Source: Trichoplax sp. H2 (Eukaryota). From it: a stretch of 64,000 nucleotides of DNA. A program made the translations under genes and the position numbers. Below, in pieces: positions 1-13,740 of this stretch. The notes beneath the pieces are model-generated. The model searched no databases and had not been told where the DNA came from. It saw only the letters and a list, made by a program, of their open reading frames with translations. The DNA is taken from contig NOWV01000160.1 of NCBI GenBank assembly GCA_003344405.1, forward strand, positions 1 through 64,000, read 5' to 3'. How positions within the stretch are numbered: position 1 is the first letter of the stretch; every line of letters starts with the position of its first letter.

Positions 1-639
1 TTACGATATTTTTCATGAACAAAAATCCAAAAATTAAAACAGAAAAATTATAATTCAGACATAAATTAAAAATAAACCCGACCGGTTCCAAAACAGGAAA
101 ATTATATCGGACACAAACCCGATCGGTCCCAGAATCCGAAAACTATATCGGACACAAATCCGGAAAAATTCGCTTTTTATGAAGATCACAGTAATCGCTT
201 ATCAAAAAAATTTATATGACTACTACGACTACTTTTCTGACATTAGTACCGCTTAGTATTCGCGAGTATTGACAGTTGATGTTTTAGCGTCAGATTGTAC
301 TGTAACTGTACGAGTATAGACTACCTTACAGTACTTTATCGTCATGTTATAAATCCCCTTTCTCTAAGGATAGGGTTTTGCTACTAAGTCAAATTTCTTT
401 ACAATTTGAATAGACGATGAAACGCCCTTTCTTTAGATTAGGCATTTGCTCTATGGGCTACTTGTATAGTAATCTATATAATACCTTGTAAAATAATGAA
501 GAAGAAAAGATGGCGACATGATGATTTGGCAGGGTAAAACTTAAAGACACTATCACTTTCTAGGTATTTTGTATAGTAAAATAATACTAATTACATACTA
601 AAAACTACAAAGGACTCTACTTTTAGTCCTTTTACTACA
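1..639. mobile_element. Right-hand long terminal inverted repeat of a long-TIR element (family B), runs off the window start
   Basis: Reverse-complement homology to 34546-35096 and 46648-47089, direct homology to 47090-48066. Ends ...AGTCCTTTTACTACA at 639. Contains about 3 tandem ~40-bp subrepeats (AAATTATATCGGACACAAACCCG...) at ~45-165. Confidence 0.8.
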
Positions 640-1532
640 ATTAATTATATTAGATCTACAGTATTTCGTCTAGTATTAAGTGATGCAGCAATGAAGATAA
701 AACGATTTCTACGCTTGGTAAGTTATTGAAACTCATTCACGATCAGAAATCTCAAATGCTGTAGAATCGAAGAATCTTAAAGCTAACGTTAATTAATAAC
801 TAATGAGGTTTATCTATGGTTAATTAAGATCAATTTTAAATATATGACTAATGTTAATATTAATCTCTGGAATGTCTAAAGTTTAGAAATTCTAATATTA
901 GGATTGCTTTGGAGCTCAGTATCTAGAAACAAAACATTTCCTTCTATATTTTAAAGTTAAAAATTGAAACAGAGATCTGCCCTTTACCAAGTCTGTTTTT
1001 ATTTTTGTATTCTATAAGCAATTTTGAAACATAAATATAACAATATGAAGGCATGTAATAAGATTTTTAGGATTAATGAAATATGATGTAAGCAAATATA
1101 ATATTGTCTATCTGGCTTTAAACAGTCGATTAATTCTATTGGTTTAAGCCCGAAATCTTAATGGCCTGAAAATTTTCCTGGTTTATCCTCACGAATTAAC
1201 TACTTACAAAATATCAGATAATTTCACACAGCATGTACCTAATACCAACCTAAATAGTTTTAGAATCAAAAAGTTTGATGAGAAAAATTATCGGAAGATA
1301 AATTTTCTCAAGCAATACTAGAAGAAAGTAAGGCTTATAATTTTTAAGAAAGTTCTAATATCAATTATACTACAATTAGCATAAATTTAGTTAGACGACA
1401 GTTATGGCCAAAGTTAACATTCTTTTAAAACTATTACACGCTTATCCTGTCAATACTTAAGGAGATGAAGTCATTTATCGAGTCTAAAATAATATTTTCA
1501 CAGAAATATATTATGGTTAATTATTTAACGGC

Positions 1533-2162
1533 TGTCACAAATCAGCTTTGCGACAAGATAACGTAATGTACGATCAATAGGTCAATTCCTTGAACCACGT
1601 ATCAAGGGACAATATCTGCACTATCAGAAACACTTTTTCTCTACTAGCAGGCTACACAAAGACTTAGACGCCTCGTATTTTACGTTAAACCTAAGTTTAA
1701 GAATTAACTTTATTACACGATTTATTGCATTTATATACTCTTTCTCAATAGTTCATGAGTCATAGTTAGTACATTTAACTTTGGAATCATTCATTGAATT
1801 AGTCATTAATTTTAGCTGCTGCTTCCTAATGCAGACAACAGTATTTACGAACATAGACATTTGATGACTAATACAGAAAAGTCAAATTATGATATGTCCT
1901 ATCGCGGGATATTTCGAAGATAATTTACAATATACCATAAATAAGTTACAATCACAATGATTCGGACTGTAACTAGATAATTCGCATTCCCTAATATAGC
2001 TATTAATTTCAGTATATGTATATATATGTCACTGTCATAAAAAGGCAGTGCTACATTAAAACAAAGCATATCTAAATTAGAAGTTAACTAAATAAGGATA
2101 GCCTAACAAAATTATTCTTGCATAGATATTTCTACTCCAATGCAGTATATAATACTGTCACA
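1533..2162 (-). mobile_element. Solo-LTR-like element, family A copy 1
   Basis: TGTCACA...TGTCACA ends, homologous to 40725-41349 and 60586-61214. Degenerate TSD ACGGC/ATGGT. Terminal hairpin TGTCACAAA-TCAGC-TTTGCGACA. Confidence 0.85.
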
Positions 2163-2292
2163 ATGGTACTCATCTACCGTTGGTACAGCAAAAATGAGTA
2201 AATTATCAAAGCAAGATCTATTGTCGTATTTGATATTCACGAGCGAATAATGTGATAAAATCAAAAACAAAATAATGTCAGTTCTTACCTAA

Positions 2293-3282
2293 TTATCTTT
2301 TTAATGTATTTGTAGAATGCATTATTGATGTAGTTAAATACTTATACCGACTATGTAAGACCTCTCTTATGGCATCTAGAAAGTATCCATAGAGTAATGG
2401 ATTAACTGCTGGATAGGAAAATGCAATATAGCGACTGATAGCGGCAAAGTAATTACGAAACCAAGTTGGTAAACTGCAGAATGAATCAATATTCTGAAAG
2501 CTAAATAACACTATTTGAAATGTAATTAAGAATGGAAATATCATTGCGATAAAGATTATAGCTAGTATGGACATTTGTATTGCTGCTTGATTAGTTTTAG
2601 AGCGTAGCTTCGAAATTTCTGTCACTTGAACAAATGCCTGTTGGCTAAATATCGTACGTTTCTTCTTATAGATATAGTGATAAATGTAACAGTAGCAATA
2701 AACTATGATAGACGTCGGTACAATAAATAATACCAAATGGTATACGAGAAAGAAATTAGCTTCATCGATAACATTGTAACCTAAAATGCATTCATTAAGG
2801 CTTAGCTGCCGAAAAGTCATGATTGGTATCGCTGCAGTGGTGAAAGAAATAATCCAAGTTAACAGGACGATAGCTATGCAAAATTTTCTATTATTTATAT
2901 CTCGATATTTTATAGGCCATCGAACGGCAATATATCGATCTACACTAATTAAACACTGATGCAGATTATAATTTGATAATAGGGCTAATCCTATGATTGG
3001 CAACATTGAGCAAATTAAGGGAATGTTGATGAAAAAGTCACTTGAAAATAGTGGCAAAATATATAAAGCTCCAAACAAAATTCCAATAAAAAATGAACTG
3101 GTAATGATGATATTTGATGATCGTTTGGCCGATTTCGTAAATATTAAGGAAGAGAATAATATAAAATTATTGATAATTGCTAAAGATCCCACCGTGATCC
3201 ATAGCGATATATTTTCTGGTATACTATATTCGCTCAAACATAGAATATCTGCAGTTGAGTTTTTCGTAGTATTGTTGGCCAT
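2293..3282 (-). CDS. Single-exon class A (rhodopsin-like) GPCR, 329 aa
   Basis: Seven hydrophobic segments, N-terminal NxT sites, TM3 C...NYNLHQCLISVDRY, TM7 YPAVNPLLY. Confidence 0.93.
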   Translation of the reverse strand: MANNTTKNSTADILCLSEYSIPENISLWITVGSLAIINNFILFSSLIFTKSAKRSSNIIITSSFFIGILFGALYILPLFSSDFFINIPLICSMLPIIGLALLSNYNLHQCLISVDRYIAVRWPIKYRDINNRKFCIAIVLLTWIISFTTAAIPIMTFRQLSLNECILGYNVIDEANFFLVYHLVLFIVPTSIIVYCYCYIYHYIYKKKRTIFSQQAFVQVTEISKLRSKTNQAAIQMSILAIIFIAMIFPFLITFQIVLFSFQNIDSFCSLPTWFRNYFAAISRYIAFSYPAVNPLLYGYFLDAIREVLHSRYKYLTTSIMHSTNTLKR

Positions 3283-4254
3283 TTTGAATCAATTTTCAGG
3301 GAAACTATATTTGACAGTTGCAATATAACGCAATCTGAATTATAGCAATGTTATTTAAATGTTTTTGATGCTATAATTTGCAATTAATACCTGAATTAAC
3401 TTCTTAAATAATTTATAGTACATTATATTCCAAAAGTGTGTACTATGAATAAAAAGGCTATATTTTTGTAGTGCTACAAACTCAATGACTTAACAAATAT
3501 AATATGCTGTATCATTCAGTTCTTCCTTAACTTCTATGATATAATAATGTTTAATTTCCGTATCTCATACATTGCTAAAAAAATATTTCATTTTAAGCAT
3601 GTTATTAAATAGTATCAAAGAAAAATTTAAGTATATATTGCTCAACTATCGGAAACTATGCGTTTTCATACTATTGTGCCTATACCGATAACTGTTTAAT
3701 TAAGGCTCCTAACTAAGCTTAAAATTATTTTTTCGAATGCAAAAGTACAAGTTTATTGCCGTTGTATGAACTTGTAAGTGCCTCTTACCTTATCACACCC
3801 TTTATTGATATCAATATTTTACCATTAGCGCTATTATAATTTATCTGAAAAAGTGTGGATCTCATTACAAATGTAAGTTAGATCTAGAATTTAGTTGCAC
3901 AAATATTTAAAAATAAATTTAATAAAAGTTACGATTATGCTAGTGTTTATCTGTTAGCCACTGATTCACTCACAGTAATAAAATATTCAATAATTTAACC
4001 TGCGTTGCCTTTATCTAGTTACATTCGATAGCAAAATTAAAACATTAATGGTGATACGTATACTCTTATTGCAGACATTTTCGCTGTAGGACTACCAAAA
4101 TAGTGGTTAACGGTAAATTGATGTACTTATACATACTTAGAATTTTTATAATTTTAAGCTTCAAAAATGGTTAATCATACGTACGAAAATTAAAAGCATA
4201 ATTACGTTTTAAGTTTAAATCTTTGACTAATAATGAATATTTATGCCATTGCTA

Positions 4255-4859
4255 TGTTATGAGCTAGGAATAGCCCCAACTTTCAACTAGGTTTGAACGG
4301 TTGTTTTCTAACCTATACAACTGTTATATGAAGTAACAGTTTGTTAGTATTCCTAGGCAGGTAGGATTTAACATCGTAAGATCTCCAAACTTTCTAGAAA
4401 ATTACAATCTAATTTTTTTATCGGCGAAGTCGCTGCTTATATGAGTTTCGGTAACTAAAACTGATTTAACTACACAAGTCACTTCATTTATTAGAAATAA
4501 ATTAAATTAATATTCTAAAGAAATTTTATCTGTACAAATTAAATTATAGGCTAGCTCTATTAAATATGTTGTATCGGCATTACATTAATAAATTCTCGAT
4601 ATTAGTTTAACAAACACATATTAGGGTATCCTACTGAAATTTAGACATTGTACTTCAACTTCAACATCATTGGAAAAGATACAATCTAGTTAAACTAGTT
4701 GGCAATTACTATTTTAGTCTATCTAATCCTAAATTGAGGATTGCTAATACATCAAGTGTTAGCAACTAAAGTTACAATTGAAGAAACCGTAAAATTTCTA
4801 AGATATAAACATACACAGAACGTAATAGAAATAACGTTCAAACAACAAGTTTCATGACA
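4255..4859 (-). mobile_element. Solo-LTR-like element, family C copy 1
   Basis: TGTTATGAGCTAG...CATGACA, homologous to 8193-8813 and (inverted) 61220-61726. TSD degenerate. Confidence 0.7.
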
Positions 4860-6492
4860 CTCTATTACTAGGCATTGTCTATATTTGGATTGTTTGGGTC
4901 TTCCATTTTAATTCTAATCATAAAGGTAGCATTTGTACGTTCATTGCTTAGCAAGATATAGGAAGCATGTATCTCGATATGGTAGCAGAGTTTAATAGTT
5001 CTAATTTAGTTAATATAAATTCCATAAATTTTTATAAGATTAATATTATTTATCATTTCTAACAGATGCGATTTTTCTCTCCTGCGCGAGCTAGCATACT
5101 TATGCCAATAGTACCACATTAAAGGATACAATTACTTTTATTCATGTTTAGTAATTGAATGATCTATTATATAGGTGCCTTAGTAAATACTTAAAGAATT
5201 AGCAAAAAGAAAGTTAGAACAGTCACAAAGCACATTTAAATTTTAATGCAGTAATTTTCAATCTAGAAACTGATATGGTGAATGCATAATTATCAGCCAG
5301 GTGTGGCCGTGTGAAATATTATTGTCCATTTAAGATAAATAATTAATAGTAGCCATTAAATTATTGCCATAAATATTTTAGTATGAAATATTAATGGCAT
5401 TATATAATTTATCGTCATAGAAAATACGGTAAATCATGTTGATTAATTTAAGAAATAAGGACTTTAAAAGAAACTATATTATAATTTTAAGCATTTTTAT
5501 ACCGTTACAAAATCCTAAATTAACATATTACAATTGAGAAATTTTGCTAGATATTTTGATATAAGGACAATGCAAATACACTTTAATTACAATATCGTTG
5601 GTATCATAAATAATAAATTTTATAACTTAGAAAATAATATGTATTTAGGAAGAGATATTTTTTAACATAGAAAATTTGTTTATCTTAAAAATTAAAGAAC
5701 ATACACACGTTATTACGTAATTACTACTGTCAAAGATATATTCAATATAATGGATGTTGCTACAAGATTGATACCAAAATCACGGATAATATTTCGAAAA
5801 AAAATTAATAAAAATAGGATTAAGTTTAAGAACTTAATTACATGCTCAGTAGGTTTTAGACCCAAACTTATGAACAGCGACAGCTAAATTAACCTATATA
5901 TGTGCGCATATTGTATTTTCTATATAGTTGAGATCTATTTTTGTTAAATTGAAACATTGTTGCTGACTGATAGTGCTGACTTTGTATCAAAGTTATTACT
6001 AACTTTTTTTATCTCAATGTTTGATCATGACACATAAGATTATTAAAATTCCTATTTTAATTCGTCTGATAACGGAAGTAACACGAATGATAATTTCGTT
6101 TATAGTATCAATTGCCACATCTACTGTTTGAATATCTAAGTAGATAATTTGCTAAATTATTGTTCTATTAAAAATTATATAAAACAATAAATGCTTAATA
6201 GTTTATGTTTATACTGAGTATAAAAAGGGATAAAAATTATATTAACATTAAAATATAGAGACGCCCTTAATTCGGTTTTTAATTAAAGTTGCACAGAATG
6301 GGTATTAAGTAATTGCCTTATACCGTCTCAAAGCCTACTGTTTATGATAAATTGCCTTAGTGACTTTCTGATCCTATTAATATTATGTACAATTATGCAA
6401 TTGTTTGTTTTAGCACTACGCAATAAAGTGTACTGAACCAGGTCATGTGTTCAAGTCGAGTTGTCCCTGTGTTGAACTGTGTAGTACGGTAC

Positions 6493-7105
6493 TGTTGCAA
6501 ATCTCCTTTGTAACAAGAAACCGTGTCTTTAACACTATCTTCACTAGTACTCGTGTTCCCAACTAACTTAGGGACCTATTGTAGTTGAACTAACTTTCAG
6601 CTATACAAATAAGCTACTAATGAGTAATAGGTTTAAATACTTCACTTTTATTTGGTTAAACTTAGTTTTAAAATGTACTAAAGAAAACGTAAGAACATTC
6701 TCAGCAATAATGGTCAAAAGATCTCGCAAGTGACTAACTGGAACTGAACAGCTAAGCTAGTGCTCGGCTTTTTATAGTCTCGGCCAACGCCGATGGTGCA
6801 CTTGTGAATATTCTTGACATAGCGACTTACACTGTGCAGTATATATATATCCTATTGTAGCAAGTAAAGCCTTACGGTATTGCAAAGTAATTAGACCTTA
6901 CACTTAAGGTGTTATTAATTAACGTTTACTGACTAAGCGTGTTAGCTCCGACACGTCAACAATAATGAACTTTCTGATACCTTGGCAATAGCAAGTACTT
7001 ATTAATAAACATTAATATCTAATAAGTTACTGGAGCAAACAACAATTTTAATGAGATATTTTAATTAACATAGCAATTAATATTTCGGAGCATGGCTCCG
7101 TAACA
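6493..7105 (-). mobile_element. Solo-LTR-like element (613 bp)
   Basis: TGTTGCA...CCGTAACA with perfect 5-bp TSD GGTAC. Terminal hairpin TGTTGCAAA-TCTCC-TTTGTAACA. Its GCTCCGTAACA end is shared with 47511-48011. Confidence 0.85.
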
Positions 7106-8192
7106 GGTACTAACAGTATACTGTTCCGTAAGTTATTGTTAAAATTTTTAACAAAATCTGTTGCTACAAATATTTCAAAATGGGATTAATATACGGTATA
7201 ATTACGGTATTTTTGAGCTTTATATTTTAACGTCATAAAGTTTATCAATTTCAATCGAATTTTAAAAATTTAATCCAAAAATATAAGAGTATTGAGAAAT
7301 GCTATAAAATTCAATTTTCGTATCACAATCTTAAAAAAATTGGATATCGAAATTTGAAGTTTACAAGAATTCGCTTCATAATAAGCTTTAAGCTAATGTC
7401 TAATACTCCAGCACTACGTAATAAAGTGTCGATATATCATTATTATATGCATAAACATACATACGTTTCAGATGATTCATAACATAGATATTTTATACGA
7501 ATGATGAGGCATTAATTCTATAGACTTGATCCAGCAGTGCATTTTCTAGAAGTTCTAATACTTTTACCTTAATTCGGACTTTAGCTGGCTATTGTGCATA
7601 TTAGCCGGGATCAAATTTTATCCGTGCCACATATTATAATACGAAATAACCAGGCTAGGAATTTCCTTTTTAAGTTTTGCTTTGTGCAGCATATATACCC
7701 ATTCATTAGGACGGAAAATTTACAATTTAATTATAATATATGCTGACAGCTGCTAACATTTTATCAAAGTTCATTATATACGTTAATCAAAGGCAATTGT
7801 TGATAATCTATTAATAAAATGTTAGAGTTGACTATTGTCTTTAAACTATTACGGTTGTAGAATGCAGAGAAAATTGATCGATCTAAGGTGAAATTCATGG
7901 CGATATAGTGTAGATGAATTTCAAGCTATACGGGTTGGTTTCATTTTCAAAACGCTTACCTTTTCACAAATAAATAAAATACTTCACAAAGAAAACTTGC
8001 AATGTACCTATTCTTTTAGATAAAAATTACCTGCGTTATGCAAAATGATGTTCTATTGGATTAGTTACCCCCTGTAGCAGTGATATGGTCGCGTGATATC
8101 AACTTTCAAATTACTGCAATAATTAAAGTAAAGGAAAAAAAAGTTAAAGCATGCACAGGGAATATGAGTTATTTAAAATAAAAGGTAAGTAT

Positions 8193-8813
8193 TGTTACGA
8201 GCTAGAAGTAGCCCTGACGTGCAACAAGGATTGAGATAGTGATTTCTACCCTTTACTACTGTTATTTGGAACACCAAACAATTGATATTCCAAGGTAGGT
8301 AGGGTTTAAGATAGGGAGACCTTCCAGACTTACTAGAAAATCACGATCTAATTTATTGTCGGCGAACTTGCCGTTTATATAAGTTTCGGACCTAAAGGGG
8401 ATTCAGCTACTCAAGTCACCTCGTCTCTTAGAAATTAACTAAATTAATGCTCTAAAGAGATTCTATATATACAGATTAAATACAGTCTAATCCTATTAAA
8501 TTTACAGTAACAGTTTTAAAACAATTAATGCTTATTAATAGTTTAACAGATATATATAAAATTATCTCATTAAAATATTTCCTGTAAACTAACGAATTGT
8601 ACTTCGAACCTTAACAACTTGGAAGTGATAGATATAATCCACTTTAGCTGGTAGGTAATTAATGTTTTAGTCTATTTAATCGTAAATTAAGGATATCAAC
8701 TCTTAACCAGTTAAATTACAGTTAAGGAGACCGTAAAATAATTTTAAGATATCAGCATATATAGAACGTAACATAGAAATAAAGTAAACGTCACCAAGAT
8801 TACTATTGCAACA
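8193..8813 (-). mobile_element. Solo-LTR-like element, family C copy 2
   Basis: TGTTACGAGCTAG...GCAACA, degenerate TSD AGTAT/AGCAA, homologous to 4255-4859 and 61220-61726. Confidence 0.75.
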
Positions 8814-9387
8814 AGCAATCAAATTATAAAACTGTTCGTGTGCTATCAAAAATATCATAATAACGCTTGTAATGATATAATAACTATCACAATTAATATA
8901 TAAAATGATAGTAGTATTTTAAAATCATATATTGTAAGCAAATTATTTGTTAATAAGGTGTCATTTAGAACAAGATGCAAAAATTAGTGTGACAATATTA
9001 TCGTCATGAAAAAAAGTAAATTATACTTCTAATTTATATAACATTGGTGATTAGAAATTTTAATACTAGTGAAGGAGCTCTAAGCTGGGTAGAAAACGAA
9101 AGTATAATATGCTACAATTGATATAATTTGTCAGCGAAACCGCTTCTTAGGTTGAAGATCATAGATCTCCCATATCCGTGTTTAATAATTATATTTGCTA
9201 TGCATTAAGTAAAATTGGACGATATATGAATAAATCAAGGTAAACGTTGAAATTTTGAGTCAGCAACGGCACAAAGGTCTAGTATTACGATAAGATAGTC
9301 AATGAGTAAGATCACTGATTGGACAGGCTGGCCGGAACATATTGACACCAAATATAGACTGTAATTATTTATTCCAAAAATATCAAA

Positions 9388-10391
9388 CTAGACTAACCTA
9401 ATGATTTTGCGAGTTAACAAAATTCGATTTTCTATTATGGAATAAACCACATTTTTCATAACAGCAGTTCGAATTGATTTAACAAAGTAATCATATAATA
9501 CAGGGTCAATTGCAGGATACGTAAAGGCTATATACCGGCATATAACTGACAAATAATCATGCATCCAACATATTAATTGTAAATAAGACTCTTTAGAATG
9601 GAAAGTTACGAACAGAATCTGAAAAAAAACAGTAAAAGGTAGCATCATTAAGATAAAAATTGTGGCTAAAATGCTTATTTGCAGAGCAGCTGTGGTTATT
9701 TTCTTCTTGAACTTAAAGTATCGCCGAGATCTAAATACAACATTATCATCCTTTACTTGTGAAAATCTAAGCTTTAGGGTAACATAATAAAAATAACTGT
9801 AGCAACACAATGTGATAATAGCTGGAATGAAGAAGAAGCCAGAATGATATATATAGAAAAACGTAGTTTCGGAAATAAGATTTGGTAAAGATATGGTCGT
9901 ACAATGATTAACTTAAAGTGGACGGAAAGTCATGATTGGGATTGATGCGGAAAGAAAAGAAATAAACCTCAGGATGAAAACTGAAGTAATATAACGCCTT
10001 TTAGCTATCTTGCTTTTATATTGCATCGGCTATTTTACAGCAATATATCGGCCAATACTGATAAAGCACTGATGTAAATTATTATTGAAAAGGAATGAGT
10101 ATCCAATAACAGGTAGTTACGAACAAAAATTGCTTTGTGGACGAATTGCTTTGTGGACGCGATACTCCTATAGCCCTATCTTGGCATAATGTAGAATCCA
10201 CCAAAAAGGATACCGATAAAAAATGAGCTACAGATGATAGTATTAGATGGTAAATGAATAGATGGCGAGGAAATTAAGCCAGTAAATAAGATTAGATTCG
10301 TTGTAATAGCTAATGCTCCAATCAGTATCCTTAATGAGTGATTGTTAATTGATATAAAATCTCTGTAAGTAACGTAGGAAACATTGGTCAT
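9388..10391 (-). pseudogene. GPCR pseudogene of the array family
   Basis: Full 7TM homology (SSFFIGILFGGFYIMPR*, NNNLHQCFISIGRY, YPAIDPVLY) with several in-frame stops and a 16-bp tandem duplication at 10128-10159 that shifts the frame. Confidence 0.9.
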
Positions 10392-11658
10392 AATGGCTAT
10401 TAGAAGCAATGAATAATCGGTTTATATTTCTAAAAGATCTAAAAATGCTCTTATTACCATACTTTTTTTATCGAATCTTTCAGTAATGCGACAAAATATT
10501 TAAGCGGCCTTCGCAAAAGATCGTAGCCAATATCAACTATTACGACTGGACAGTTAAATTACGAGCATATATGGAAGGCCTTAATTATGGATCGTGTTAA
10601 TCTAATTGCTTATATTGTTCGAAACTGTTGAGAATTTTAGCAATTTACCTTGATCTTGATATGAGAAACTGTCATCGTAGTTAAAGGAGCATACTTTTTC
10701 TGTTGTATCACTTAACTCCACGTGCATTTTCTGATCAATTATTAAAGTTTGCGAATGTATTTATGATAAGACCAACAAAATCAGTTGTCAGTACGGCATC
10801 ACTCACTGTATGATCTTGATACAATTTAACTTTACAAAATGAATAAGTTAATTGTATCACACTGTATCATATTTTTACAACCTTTACTATTTATTCTCAG
10901 TTTATAATGAAAATATTAGCAAGGCAATAAAATTTCTGATATGCTATATTATGTATATTGTTGTTATAAGGTATCAGCGAAATGTCCAATTCAAAATCTA
11001 TTGTGATCAATGTTTAACACATCTTAAAATATAGTTAAGAATAAAATTGAACAAAAATCATGGAACGCATTGTAAAATGTAGCCTACTTAAACTTCTTTA
11101 ATAATGCAAATATTAACGCTGAAACTGAAAACGCACGTTTAAAGGCATGCTTATTTCGCTCTCTTCACTCTCAGATCAGTTTCAATAGACACTTTCAGAC
11201 GTTACCATCATGTTTCTTTCATTTCATACAAGGACTTGATAATCATGCTGAGCGGAAGCGTGGCATTTCGAAAGAAAGACAGTCTACGCGTATCTTAACA
11301 GTTCGGTGTTATAAAAAATTAATGGCATCGATTATGATATTTATAGGAAGATTGTGTTTAATGAAGCTATATAAGATAATGGCATACATGAAAGGTGTAA
11401 TCTAGTCAAATTGCTTTAGTTACGTGAAAAAATCAAAGAGTACAAGCTTATCATATAATTATTAGAGCTACTTGCTGAGATAAATACTTGAAAATTGTTT
11501 TTACTACGCAGAACGCACAGTAGCGAGGATCATTATTTATGAGTGCGGAAATTGATAAGAATGGGTTATTGTTGTATTAGGGCATCACTATAACGCTTTT
11601 AAATTATAGGATAAATAAAATTACGCGTAATAAATCATTAAATATAGATCTTGTATAC

Positions 11659-12750
11659 TCAAATTATTCTACGGTGCTGCAGAAATTGACTAGTACAAAG
11701 TATAGACAATGCCGTATTCAGAAACATATATGATAGTACATATATGACAGGACCTATACTTTAAATTTTTCTACTAACAATTTATTTTGGAAATCTTCAA
11801 AAATCCAATTAAAAATTAGGGATCACGGTATGCATTGTAATTCGTAAAGAATGGAATCACACAGTAGAATTAATAGAAAATTGAGGACAAGTCCCCTTGT
11901 ATTGAAACAATGTAATGCAATTTTTTCAACTGAAGATAACTACCTTATTTCACAATCCCATGGTAAACACCTCTATCTGTTTTTGGGTAACTTTGTTGGT
12001 AATTGTAGGTTGAATATTGATATGGAACGCTTAGATTCGAAAGTATCATTTACCGATAAGCTTACTGCATGAAATCTCTACTCATATCTAGTATCCTACA
12101 AGTATTTAGCTACATTAAAATGATTTTGCCTACATTCATAAAACCTTTCGGAATAAGCATGGTATAAAAATAAGCTTTTTAAGACTAATCTTCAAAAAAG
12201 CTGTCTTATAAACGCACAGTGTAGCGTTATAATTACTATTATATAATTATAAAAGAAGCTGCTAAATCTGCTACAGTTTTTCACATTGTCGAAATAAGTT
12301 ATCAATTTACTACTGTATTTCAATTATAATGGCTTTATTAATTCTTTATAGGCCTTTTTGCTGTTATGATGGTAAAGTCAGTTTATTTAGGAACTGGCTG
12401 TACCGAGTTTTGCTATTATGTGCAGTAGAGGTTCCATTAATAAATCAATTAGATTAAGTTACAATTATTGTAAATAGATACTGCAATTGGAATATCAAAT
12501 GGAAGACTTGCGGTAACCATGAAGATTGTCCAAAGATGGCAATGACAGTAATCTGTTTTGGTACATCATTCTCATTCTTATTTACCTACGCCCAGATATG
12601 TCTGTTCGGCAGGATAAAGTAGTGATAACATATAATATTTTAACTAACTAACTGATAGAATTATGTTCTGCGTGTACGTATATTAACAATTACTGAGATC
12701 GTTATAACTCTTGTAATCGGCTATACAATATTAATACATAATTACTGTGT
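11659..12750 (-). pseudogene. Highly decayed GPCR pseudogene, different family (long ECL2)
   Basis: Collinear hand-translated fragments WTIFMVTASLPF (12497-12532), LIFIP..KI-FNVAK (~12110-12174), CVIPFFT (11843-11863) and IGPVIYVL (~11735-11757). The 5' boundary is uncertain. Confidence 0.5.
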
Positions 12751-13459
12751 AGATATACAGATTTTTCAGACCTGCTATTCAGTTCTTATTATTATTGAAA
12801 AAATAATAAATAATAATTAATATATTTAGCAGTTAACTACGAATAAATTTATATATGAGATTATTCATAAATAAAAGCAATCTAGTGATTTGCTAGCTGA
12901 AAGGTGTACTTGAGCTATAATAGCTAATTAAAAATAGTATTATCCAAAAATATCGTAGTTTTAGAGGCGTAATATATCTTCGCGTTCATATAACGGGTGT
13001 GGTATTAGTGATAGCTAATAAAGTTTTATTTTACGTATTTAATGAAAAAATTCTATACAGGACAATAGGCAGACACGCATTAAAAATTATCCATACAGAA
13101 ACAAGTATTAGAACACTCATCATAATTAATAGTAAGTCATGGGGTAGATTTGCTAGATTAATGTAAAAACTTATAACTATTTTACATTAATTACTTATAA
13201 TGCATCATTAGCCTTAATACTACTATCAGAATAAATTATCAGTAGCGATATCTTAACATGACTGTACTAATGCATTCCACATCTGATAATAACACTGAAA
13301 GGTGCTGGAAATTAATAGAAGAGTTATGATATCTTAAGTGGAATGACTTGGATAGTACTTTTAATAAGATGTGCTAATATACATAGCATTAGTACATTTA
13401 GATTGCTATTGTGCGTTTGCATTAAATCAATGTTACATGAATTTAGTATACTGGATCAG

Positions 13460-13740
13460 CGTTACCTAGAATTACGCTCCCGACTGGGACCACTAGCTTC
13501 TCGAGTTTGTGAACTACGCTTCCTTAGGCCAAATTGGGTTAACCATTTACTTCAGCAAATGAGATCAAGACCTTCACTTAAGAACACTATCAGTACAGTT
13601 TATTCTTATCTACGTCTCTCTATCGTATACTACCCTATCTAAAGGCTCCATTTACTTTCTAAGTTATCTGATATTTGCTCTTAATCTCATACAGGAGATT
13701 TCACAACTGTAATCTATTATCCGGTAGCAATCTTGTAACA
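13460..13740. mobile_element. Possible short LTR-like element
   Basis: (T)GTTAC...GTAACA ends flanked by CAGC on both sides. Only one copy in the window. Confidence 0.3.

Noticed and set aside
45-165. CRISPR-like repeat-spacer pattern
   Set aside because: Only about 3 degenerate tandem units within a transposon TIR, with no unique spacers, no cas genes and a eukaryotic context.
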